From assembly GCA_964541235.1 (NCBI GenBank), contig CAZIPI010000014.1, positions 666 to 64,665 on the forward strand: a stretch of DNA of 64,000 nucleotides, given 5' to 3'. Numbering within the stretch: position 1 is the first letter of the stretch; every line of letters starts with the position of its first letter. This document shows, one piece after another, positions 1 to 7,700 of this stretch. Both the position numbers and the translations under genes were made by a program. This stretch comes from an uncultured bacterium. GTDB taxonomy: Bacteria; Fermentibacterota; Fermentibacteria; Fermentibacterales; JCC-6. The notes under the pieces are model-generated. The model did no database searches. It was not told the DNA's origin and worked only from the letters and a program-made list of their open reading frames with translations.

Positions 1-1
1 G

Positions 2-163
2 ATATACGCCGGCTACTGGGCCACCACCGGCAACAGGACATTGACGGCTTTCTTCGGCAGCCCCACCGGCGACCTCTTCGAGTTCTGCCCGAATCTGCTG
101 CTGTCGGGAACAATGAACCTGTCTCCCATGACCTTCGGCGCCATAAAGGCGAGTTTCCAGTAG
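2..163 (+). CDS. C-terminal fragment of a third paralog of the candidate selenoprotein family (cut by window start)
   Basis: Frame-2 translation ends ...LLLSGTMNLSPMTFGAIKASFQ* (TAG 161-163). It matches the C-terminus of the 309..821 ORF (...YLNGTLSFQARTFGAIKASFD*). Confidence 0.4.
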   Translation: MYAGYWATTGNRTLTAFFGSPTGDLFEFCPNLLLSGTMNLSPMTFGAIKASFQ

Positions 164-200
164 GGGGCGCTGCGGCAGTTTCCTGAACGGGGGGGGAAGA

Positions 201-821
201 ATGAGAAGTCTTGTGCTTGCGGGTCTGCTGGGATGTGCCGTGCTTGGCGCCGACATAGAGATCGGTACGAGCCAGTTCCCGGATGCGGTTCCCGTCTGCG
301 GGCCTTGAGTGCAGAACCTGCGCTACCAGGTGGTAGTGCTCGGAAGTGAGATCGGCAGCGCCATGACCATAGATGCCATCTCCTTTGTTGCGGCTCCGGA
401 AACAGGGGATTTCTCTTCATTCGACGAGTACAGGGTTTACATGGGTCCCACGACCCTGAACAGCCTGGGCACCGTCTTCGACGACAACTACAGCGGACCC
501 CGGCTCAATGTCTTCGACCATTCCAACGTGACGCACATGAATCAGGGCGGAATGGTGACCATCCCGCTGGACACTCCCTACTTCCACGCCGGGACCGGCA
601 ACCTGCTGATCGAGATAGATTACCAGATAGGCACGCCCATACCGGGCAATCAGAGCGTGTACGTCATGTACTGCTCGGTCCCGGATGACAGGATGCTGAG
701 GGCCAATGCTTCCGGCGCACAGAGCGGGCAGGCTTTCCCATTCCTTGCCCACATGTACCTGAACGGAACACTGTCATTCCAGGCGAGAACCTTCGGCGCC
801 ATCAAAGCGTCTTTCGACTAG
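201..821 (+). CDS. Secreted protein, candidate selenoprotein with in-frame UGA (306-308) in a C-G-P-U context; paralog 1
   Basis: ATG 201 encodes a signal-peptide-like MRSLVLAGLLGCAVLGA...FPDAVPVCGP followed by TGA at 306-308. The same frame continues without a break into the 170-aa ORF (VQNLRYQVVVLGSEIG...). A SECIS-like hairpin lies 11 nt downstream. If the UGA is a true stop, the CDS is 309..821 (GTG start). Confidence 0.45.
320..339 (+). promoter_or_regulatory. SECIS-like mRNA hairpin (8-bp stem gcgcuacc/gguagugc, loop AGGU) beginning 11 nt after UGA 306-308
   Basis: Base pairing was read directly from the sequence. The same structure and spacing recur in paralog 2. Confidence 0.4.
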
Positions 822-830
822 CGGGAGGTC

Positions 831-1466
831 ATGATCAGGGCAGCGCTCACCAGGAGTGTCACCAACCTGAAGTGGGCGCTGCCCTTTCTTTTCTGCAGCT
901 CCGCCGCGGCGGTCAGCATCGAGACAGGTGTTTCAGAGTTCCCGATGAACATTCCATTCTGCGGAGGTTGACACAGTCAGATGCGCTGCCAGGTGGTGGT
1001 GCCGGGAAGCGAAATGGGGGGCAGCGGAGTTTTTTCCGTGTTCATCGAGTCCATCTCCTTCAGGGCCGCCGCCCCTGAGACGGTTGCCTTCGACCGCTTC
1101 TCGGTATCGCTGGGCACAGCGGCGAACGGGTTCCTTGAGGAGAGTTTCCAGGGTAACTTTGCGGGAGAGAGAGTTAGCGTGTTTGAGGCAGAGGGGTGTT
1201 CGTTCACCCCTTCCGGGGGTTGGGTGTCCATCCCGCTGGAAAGGGAATACCTGTTCAACTGCTCGGATAACCTTCTCATAGAGGTGATCTACAGCGGAGC
1301 GGATGGCGGCATGCTCTACTGCGGTTTCGGGGAGACCGATGAAGTGCGGACTGTATGCAACGGAGACCACCAAAGCCCCCGGGGCTACACGTACCGGTTC
1401 GCACCCCATATTGTCATCTCCGGAACACTTGGAGTGAACACATTGTTCGGTGAGTGCATTCTGTGA
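831..1466 (+). CDS. Secreted protein, candidate selenoprotein with in-frame UGA (969-971) in a C-G-G-U context; paralog 2
   Basis: ATG 831 encodes MIRAALTRSVTNLKWALPFLFCSSAAAV...FPMNIPFCGG followed by TGA 969-971. The frame continues into HSQMRCQVVVPGSEMG..., paralogous to 201..821. If the UGA is a stop, the CDS is 981..1466 (ATG, with GGAGG 13 nt upstream). Confidence 0.45.
983..1002 (+). promoter_or_regulatory. SECIS-like hairpin (stem gcgcugcc/gguggugc with G-U wobbles, loop AGGU) beginning 11 nt after UGA 969-971
   Basis: It has the same loop, the same 8-bp stem register and the same 11-nt spacing as the hairpin at 320-339. Confidence 0.4.
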
Positions 1467-1510
1467 GACCGGAGGGGTTTCATCACGGCTGAAAAGGGGG
1501 TCGGATCCAC

Positions 1511-2869
1511 ATGAGGGTGATTCTGGCAGTTCTTGTCCTCGCCGCGGTAGCCGCCGCACAGTGCCCGTTGCGCCTGACCCCCGCCGAGGCGTGTTTCGAG
1601 GGTTCCCCCAGGTGCGCGCTCTATGTGGATTCCAACGGAGATCAGAGGTGCGACAACCCCGGTCCCCAACCGGTGATAGACCCCGAACCCGAGCCTGAGC
1701 CCGAACCTGAACCTGTTCCGGAAGAGGCTGCCCCGGTAGTCGAGGATACTCCCGTTATCCCTGAGCCCGAACCCACTCCAGCAGTCACCGAGGAAACCCG
1801 GCCGCAGCCCGTTGTGGAGGAGGCGATCCAGGAGGAAGAGGCTGTGCAGGAGGAACCTTCTCCCTCCGATACGCTTCCAGTGACAGCGGAGCCGCCGGCC
1901 TTCACAGGGTGCCCCCTTGGTCTGCCGCCCGAGGAGGCCTGTTACTCCGAGTCCCCAAGGTGCGCCCTCTTCACCGATTCGAACCAGGATGGAAGGTGCG
2001 ACAACCCGGGTGAAGCGGAGGAACGGCCCGACACCGTTCAGGCGGTTCCCGTAACGGGATGCCCCCTGGGGCTGCCTCCTGAGGCGGCATGCCCCGGCGA
2101 CCTGGCGCTGTGCCCGCACTGGTTCGGCCATTCGACAGGCGTCCCATGCTCCAACCCCTCCGGCGGGAGCAGAAGGGTTTACATAGCCCTTATCGCGCTC
2201 TCCATACTTATGATGGTCTCCACCGTGCTCAGCAGAAGGCTCCGGGGGAGAAAGCTGCATGACAGGCTCAGAAGGAGCATCGCACACAAAACGATCCACG
2301 GCTTGAGCCTTGTTACGCTGGGCTTCGGCATTCAGGGCTGTTTCTGCCCACTTGGAGCGTTCCAGTATGCCTTCCTGAAAGACGGCCTTCTGTTCCTGGG
2401 GTGGGCGGGTGTGGCCCTTCTGGTGATCCCATTCCTGTTCGCATCGTTCTTCGGCAGGATATTCTGCTGCTGGGTCTGTCCAATGGGCGCCATGCAGGAA
2501 CTGGCCTACCGGATCCCATCACCGGGCAAGCTGAACCCCCGGGGCCGTATCAGCAGGATCGTGGGCAGGTTTCGTTTCGTGGTGCTGGGAGGGCTGGTCA
2601 CTGTGCTGCTTCTGAACAGGTTCGGCATGATCCAGAGCCAGTGGCCCGCTATCTTCTGCAGGTTCGACCCCTTCCACACCATATTCACGCTGTTCCTCAC
2701 GGGGAGCATGATCGCAGCGGGTGTCACCCTTCTGCTCTCGGTCTTCGTGAGAAGGTTCTTCTGCAGGTACCTGTGCTTCCTGGGGGCAGCCCTGAGCCTC
2801 TTCGCGCCACTCAGGATCTACAGCCGCATCACGGGCAGGAAACAGCCGGCTTCAAGCTGCGACACCTGA
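1511..2869 (+). CDS. NapH/MauN-type membrane polyferredoxin (CxxCP motifs) fused to an N-terminal secreted domain with three Cys-rich repeats and a Pro/Glu-rich linker
   Basis: Signal peptide MRVILAVLVLAAVAAA. Three repeats of CPL-L-P-EAC...SPRCAL..DSN-D-RCDNPG. The C-terminal TM domain carries FCCWVCPMGAMQE and CRYLCFLGAALS, which are NapH-like CxxCP motifs. Confidence 0.55.
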   Translation: MRVILAVLVLAAVAAAQCPLRLTPAEACFEGSPRCALYVDSNGDQRCDNPGPQPVIDPEPEPEPEPEPVPEEAAPVVEDTPVIPEPEPTPAVTEETRPQPVVEEAIQEEEAVQEEPSPSDTLPVTAEPPAFTGCPLGLPPEEACYSESPRCALFTDSNQDGRCDNPGEAEERPDTVQAVPVTGCPLGLPPEAACPGDLALCPHWFGHSTGVPCSNPSGGSRRVYIALIALSILMMVSTVLSRRLRGRKLHDRLRRSIAHKTIHGLSLVTLGFGIQGCFCPLGAFQYAFLKDGLLFLGWAGVALLVIPFLFASFFGRIFCCWVCPMGAMQELAYRIPSPGKLNPRGRISRIVGRFRFVVLGGLVTVLLLNRFGMIQSQWPAIFCRFDPFHTIFTLFLTGSMIAAGVTLLLSVFVRRFFCRYLCFLGAALSLFAPLRIYSRITGRKQPASSCDT

Positions 2870-3706
2870 TCAGGGAAGGCAGACGAGCCTGATCGGCGGC
2901 ATCCCGGAGCCTCCGGCCAATCGTGCCAGATAGACCCCCGCAGCCGGAGGAGCGAACAGCCCCGAGCCGGAGGAAACATCCAGGCTCTGCACCTTTCTGC
3001 CTGAGATGTCGAACACCTCAAGAACCCCCTCGGAAGGGATCCCTTGCACCGAGATGATGACGCTTCCCGAAAAGGGGTTCCTGTCGGGGATGATGGCCGG
3101 GGCGGGGATCGCGTCGTGGGACTGGCCTTCCGTTCCGGTCTCATCGTACTGGAGTTCGGCCCAGTCCCACCAGGCGGTGGTCTCCCCGGCGGCAAGACCC
3201 CACTCACCCTCCCGGACGTCCGCGGAAGAGCTTGCCGCGAGAAGCCAGGTCTGGGAGGACTGAACATGCTCGATGCTGAGCAGCATATCGGGGCCCTGGC
3301 AGGTGAACACCAGCAGGTATTCGCCCGCGGGGAAGTCGGTGTAGAGCGAGCTGAAAATGGTTGACGTGGTACCATTGCTGACCCGTCTTATCCTGGCGAC
3401 GTTGTGGTCCACTGAAATGTAGGCGTAAACTCCCGTGTTCAGGTTGTCCAGCCTTGCAACGACTCCGAAAGTGTGGTTCCCGCTCCCGAAAACGCTTATC
3501 ACCCCGTCCTGTGTGGTGGGATTACCGGGGAACACCAGAGCGCTGCATGTCCTGGAGGTCTGGCAGAAAGCCATTCCGTTGCTGGGGTACCAGTTCGCTG
3601 TTCCGCAACGGGCCGTCCATCCGCCAAGCCCATCGGAGAAGTCATCGAAGAGGGTGGCGGAAAGGGCGACAGACACTGCCAGCAAAGTGCCGTATGCGCT
3701 TCTCAT
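2870..3706 (-). CDS. Secreted protein with T9SS-type C-terminal sorting domain
   Basis: Signal peptide MRSAYGTLLAVSVALSA (the track ORF extends to 3766). The C-terminus ...LEVFDISGRKVQSLDVSS...GVYLARL... resembles a Por/T9SS CTD beta-sandwich. Confidence 0.45.
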   Translation of the reverse strand: MRSAYGTLLAVSVALSATLFDDFSDGLGGWTARCGTANWYPSNGMAFCQTSRTCSALVFPGNPTTQDGVISVFGSGNHTFGVVARLDNLNTGVYAYISVDHNVARIRRVSNGTTSTIFSSLYTDFPAGEYLLVFTCQGPDMLLSIEHVQSSQTWLLAASSSADVREGEWGLAAGETTAWWDWAELQYDETGTEGQSHDAIPAPAIIPDRNPFSGSVIISVQGIPSEGVLEVFDISGRKVQSLDVSSGSGLFAPPAAGVYLARLAGGSGMPPIRLVCLP

Positions 3707-3810
3707 CTCTTTCCTGCCCTTCTGTAAATCCATACATGGAACAATAATGTGCATTTGCGCTTTCAAAACATGGTATAGCCTCTTGTAGCAGGGGCGTCAA
3801 GTTCCCCGGC

Positions 3811-4596
3811 ATGTATCCGCAGGCGCGAAAACATGGGTATATTCAGGATCGTCGTTTCAAAGGAGGAGAATTGGCTGATCCAAGGATCAAGGGCGAGAAG
3901 GGCAGAAGCCCCCTGAAAGAGGTTTTCGGGGAAATGCCCCTGCCCGGTTCTCTCTCGGAGAGAACACTGGATTACGATGCCTACTGGACGGAACGCCTTG
4001 ACTCAGGGGTTCTCACGGAACCTGCAAAAAGGCGTGCCAGGGGCATCAGCGACCTGATCGGGAGAGGCGACTCGGTTCTCGACATAGGTTGCGGCACTGG
4101 AGAAACCCTTGAACTCCTCCGGGATGAGAAGGCTGTGGAAGGCACGGGGCTGGATGTATCGGACCTGGCCCTGTCCAGTGTGAGCCGGATGGGTTTCAAG
4201 ACCATCAACTGCGATCTCACACTGGAGAATACATCCCTGGCAGGCCAATGGGACCACATAATCCTGTTCGAGATAATCGAACACATCCACGAGGCCGAGG
4301 TCCTGATGCTGAAGCTGAAGGGACGGTATAGAAAGGGGCTGTACGTCTCCACCCCCAACCTGGGTTACCTGTCCCACAGGCTGAGGCTTCTGTTCGGGCG
4401 TTTCCCGGTCACCTACATAAGCGACCCCAGAGAACACATCAGATACTGGAGTGTCAGGGATTTCATCTGGTGGTCCCGCTCTCTGGGCTTTCCCGCTCCC
4501 GAGGTCAGGGGTCTGAGAGGAAGACCCGCCCTTCTGGGGCTCCCGCGGCGATGGCCCGCGCTCTTCGCCAGCGAGGTGGTGTACTGCTTCAGATAA
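3811..4596 (+). CDS. Class I SAM-dependent methyltransferase
   Basis: VLDIGCGTGE motif I. The true start may be downstream (MPLPGSL...). Confidence 0.55.
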   Translation: MYPQARKHGYIQDRRFKGGELADPRIKGEKGRSPLKEVFGEMPLPGSLSERTLDYDAYWTERLDSGVLTEPAKRRARGISDLIGRGDSVLDIGCGTGETLELLRDEKAVEGTGLDVSDLALSSVSRMGFKTINCDLTLENTSLAGQWDHIILFEIIEHIHEAEVLMLKLKGRYRKGLYVSTPNLGYLSHRLRLLFGRFPVTYISDPREHIRYWSVRDFIWWSRSLGFPAPEVRGLRGRPALLGLPRRWPALFASEVVYCFR

Positions 4597-4668
4597 TGCC
4601 CTCTTGACCCCGCCCGGTGATGTGCTAATTCATTGGCCTGAGTTTGTCATTCCAAGCGGGGGGGTAAC

Positions 4669-6573
4669 ATGAGGGAGACCTGGGGAAGCAGACGGGCCTT
4701 CATTCTGGCCGCTATCGGAAGCGCCATAGGGCTCGGGAACATCTGGAGATTTCCGTACGTGGCGTACGCCAACGGGGGAGGCGCCTTCCTGGTGGCCTAC
4801 TTCGCATGCCTCTTCATCGCGGGCATTCCCGTTATGATGCTTGAGTTCGGCCTTGGGCACAGGTACAGGCAGGCGGCTCCGGGGGCTTTCCGAAGCATCA
4901 GGCCCTCGCTGGAGTGGTTCGGATGGATGGCCGCCCTTCTTTCCTTCGTGATCGTGGTGTACTACGCCATAATCATGACATGGTGCGTGAACTACACCTA
5001 CGAGGCCGCAACCCAGGGATGGAAGCAGGAACCGGGTCTTTATGCCGACCCATCCGTGGCCATCGCCCCCACCCTCCTGTCGGACATGGAGGTCCTTACC
5101 CCGGTGCCCGGCGAGCTTGCGGGGTCTCCCTTCGTCTCACCGGTGAGCGGCACTCCCGGTGTCGTGCGATCCGAGCCCACATCAATCGTGATGCACCAGG
5201 GATGCGCCTACGGCTTCCCAACCCGTGCGCAGGCAGAAGCCTTCGCCCGGCAGCCCTGCGTTGACGACCACTGCGTCCTGACCTCCGGAGAGGGCACGGG
5301 AACATCCGTACTCCCCCGGGTGCCGGCCGCGCTTCTGGGCCGACCCTACGTATCCCCTGTTGACGGTTCGTCCGGGGTGGTGATGAACATCTCCACCATC
5401 CTCGTTGCGTACGGGGGGCGTTTGTACGGTTTCGACAGCGTTGACGAGGCAAGCACTTTCATGGGGTCTCCCGGGGACTTCTTCTTCAACCGGTTCCTGG
5501 GCATCACCTCTTCTCCATGGGACATGGGAAGCTTCCGCTGGCCCCTTCTGATCGGCTTCATCATCTCGTGGGTCTGGATAATCGCAAGCATCTGGAAGGG
5601 CACGAAAACGGTGGGCAGGGTTGTTTACTACACCGTGATAATCCCCTGGGTGCTGCTTCTTGTATTCATCATCAGGGGGGTCACCCTGCCGGGGGCAGGC
5701 GCGGGGCTTGCCTACTACCTTACTCCGGAGTGGGGCCGGCTCCTCAGCGGCGACATCTGGCTTGCTGCGCTGACCCAGGTCTTCTTCAGTCTTAGCGTGG
5801 GCTTCGGGGTGATGATCGCCTACGGCAGCTTCCTGCCAAAAAAGGCAAACCTGGCCGGAAGCGCCTTCATCATCGGAATTGCCGACGCCCTGACCGCCTT
5901 CTGCGGAGGGCTGGCCGTTTTCAGCGCCCTGGGTTTCCAGGCGTCCAGGCTGGGGGTGCCCGTGAGCGAAGTGGTGAAATCTGGGCCGGGCCTGGCCTTC
6001 GTGGCGTACCCCCACATCATATCCAGCCTGCCGGGGGCGCCTGTTTTCGGCGTGCTCTTCTTCCTGATGCTTCTTACCCTGGCTGTGGATTCGGCGTTCA
6101 GCCTCGTTGAGGGCGTCACCGCATCCATCAAGGACAAATGGGGGCTCTCACACAGGCGGGTGAACCTGATGGTGGGCGGCGCCGCCTTCCTTCTGGGCCT
6201 TCCCATGCTGTCAGGGGCCGGGCTTCACATCCTCGACATAGTTGACCACTTCATGAACAACATCTCCCTGGCGCTGGTGGTCCTGGGCCAGATCCTCATC
6301 GTCGGCTGGTTCCTGCCTGCGGAGAAGATGAGAACCTACATCAACGCCAACTCCGGGATCCGAACAGGCCTCTGGTGGAACACCAGCGTCCGCTGGATCA
6401 TACCCTTGGGCATGCTGTGGATGCTGGCGTCGGAGATCAGGGCCAGAACCGCGGGCGCATACGGCAGCTTCGAACTGCGGAGCCAGGAGTTCCTTCTGGG
6501 GTGGCTTGTTGTGATGCTCCTGCCGGTGGTGGGAGACCTGCTGGCATCGGGCAAAGGGAGCTGGAAGGACTAG
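4669..6573 (+). CDS. Neurotransmitter:sodium symporter (NSS/SNF) family transporter with a large duplicated extracellular insertion
   Basis: GLGNIWRFPY hallmark, multiple TM segments, and an internal repeat SPFVSPVSGTPGVV...YGFPTRAQAEAF / RPYVSPVDGSSGVV...YGFDSVDEASTF. Confidence 0.75.
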   Translation: MRETWGSRRAFILAAIGSAIGLGNIWRFPYVAYANGGGAFLVAYFACLFIAGIPVMMLEFGLGHRYRQAAPGAFRSIRPSLEWFGWMAALLSFVIVVYYAIIMTWCVNYTYEAATQGWKQEPGLYADPSVAIAPTLLSDMEVLTPVPGELAGSPFVSPVSGTPGVVRSEPTSIVMHQGCAYGFPTRAQAEAFARQPCVDDHCVLTSGEGTGTSVLPRVPAALLGRPYVSPVDGSSGVVMNISTILVAYGGRLYGFDSVDEASTFMGSPGDFFFNRFLGITSSPWDMGSFRWPLLIGFIISWVWIIASIWKGTKTVGRVVYYTVIIPWVLLLVFIIRGVTLPGAGAGLAYYLTPEWGRLLSGDIWLAALTQVFFSLSVGFGVMIAYGSFLPKKANLAGSAFIIGIADALTAFCGGLAVFSALGFQASRLGVPVSEVVKSGPGLAFVAYPHIISSLPGAPVFGVLFFLMLLTLAVDSAFSLVEGVTASIKDKWGLSHRRVNLMVGGAAFLLGLPMLSGAGLHILDIVDHFMNNISLALVVLGQILIVGWFLPAEKMRTYINANSGIRTGLWWNTSVRWIIPLGMLWMLASEIRARTAGAYGSFELRSQEFLLGWLVVMLLPVVGDLLASGKGSWKD

Positions 6574-7676
6574 TACCCCCCGAACGCAGGGCATGTGGAG
6601 CAATCCGAGGCGAAGCATTCCAGGTCGGGACGGATGTAGAAACTGAAGCCGGAATCGGGATCGCACCTGTACCCGAACCCGCTCATGTACTGGTAAACTA
6701 TGCCCGCCCTTTCCTGATCGTAGGGCTCATACCCCACGGCGAACAGCCTGAACCTGCGGGCTTCCGCTTGTTCAACGGCATGTTCCTGCCAGGGGGAAAG
6801 CACCGCCTCCGATCTGTGATCGAACCACCAGGGACCTATCACTCCGGCCAGTTCCGGTATCCTTTCCAGCGCTTCAAGCCAGTCCGAAGTGTCGGCGCTC
6901 ACCACATAGAGCGGCGGCATTGCCGCCCCGGCAAGGTCGCGAGCCATGTCCGTTCCCCTGTCGCCCGGCATCCCGGGGAAAGTGAGCAGGTAGATGGTGT
7001 CCTGGTCCATGGCGCTCCATACGCCTGGCTGGCCGGGGGATTCCACCAGCCTGGGGTCGGAGGGGGCTGCGTAGAATGCCGCCAGTCCCCGGATGCCAAT
7101 GACCATGAAGTACACCGCCACAAACACAGCAAGTACCCGTGCAACGCCGGTGAACCACCTCTTTGCGGTGAAGAGCCCGGCAATGGAGAGGGGAAGCATG
7201 TAAACGGTGGTGCCGAAGAAGAACCCAGCGAAGAGAAGCGCCCCGTTCAGCGCCCCTCCCGCATCGAACGCGCTTGTCAGGGCGATGAGGAAAGCGGGAC
7301 ACAGCGAGAAGCCGGTGAATATCCCCAGCAGGAACGGGCTTCCCGTGAACTTCATCCACTTGGATACCTGACAGCCGCCGCATTTCCTGTTCACCCTCAG
7401 GGTGCTCACCAGCAGGAACACGCTGAAGAGGATGTAACCCGCATAGGAAAGGGGTATCCTTACACGGCTGGGTATCCCGCCTCCGAGGAAGCCGATGAGC
7501 GCCCCGAAGCAGACGTAGGCGGCGAACCTTCCCAGGTTCAGGGTGAGCAGGACAAGAAGCGACTGCTTCCCGGTCCTCTTCTCGCTGAACAGGTACGCCG
7601 CATAGACAGGCCCGCATGACGCCAGGCAGGAAACCCCTGTGGCAAGCCCAAGGCTCAGCCCCTCAACAAGGCCCAC
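6570..7676 (-). CDS. Polytopic membrane protein with TM Cys pairs (DsbD_2/TauE-like) and a C-terminal ~180-aa soluble domain
   Basis: GLATGVSCLASCGPVYAAY in TM1, CGGC and LCPAF motifs, and a C-terminal CFASDCSTCPAFGGY. It is the last gene of the ferredoxin/beta-barrel cluster. Confidence 0.4.
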   Translation of the reverse strand: MGLVEGLSLGLATGVSCLASCGPVYAAYLFSEKRTGKQSLLVLLTLNLGRFAAYVCFGALIGFLGGGIPSRVRIPLSYAGYILFSVFLLVSTLRVNRKCGGCQVSKWMKFTGSPFLLGIFTGFSLCPAFLIALTSAFDAGGALNGALLFAGFFFGTTVYMLPLSIAGLFTAKRWFTGVARVLAVFVAVYFMVIGIRGLAAFYAAPSDPRLVESPGQPGVWSAMDQDTIYLLTFPGMPGDRGTDMARDLAGAAMPPLYVVSADTSDWLEALERIPELAGVIGPWWFDHRSEAVLSPWQEHAVEQAEARRFRLFAVGYEPYDQERAGIVYQYMSGFGYRCDPDSGFSFYIRPDLECFASDCSTCPAFGGY

Positions 7677-7700
7677 TGTCTCCCCTTTCCCTGATGCCGG

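Noticed and set aside
306-971. Possibility that TGA is globally reassigned (for example genetic code 25/4) instead of encoding Sec
   Set aside because: Many well-conserved genes in the window clearly terminate at TGA at the expected protein ends. Examples are the yidC/mnmE GTGA junction and the gyrA/downstream ATGA junction. The genome is also high-GC, unlike known UGA-recoding lineages.
1642-1905. Gly/Ser-rich repeat ORF (…GSGSGSGSGSGS…) and the underlying gaacccgagcctgag DNA repeat, considered as a possible CRISPR or tandem repeat
   Set aside because: It is the antisense of the Pro/Glu-rich linker (PEPEPEPEP) inside the 1511-2869 CDS. The repeat is short, imperfect and coding. There are no spacer-repeat periodicity and no cas genes.
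1385-2299. Long minus-strand ORFs opposite real genes. Examples: 1385-2299, 5182-6015, 6375-7619 (+), 28299-30329 (+), 62399-63808, and 16933-17802 (+).
   Set aside because: They are Arg/Gly/Pro-rich and lack motifs, and they sit antisense to well-supported genes (NapH-like, the NSS transporter, iorA, atpB, the decarboxylase beta subunit). These are typical shadow ORFs of a high-GC genome.
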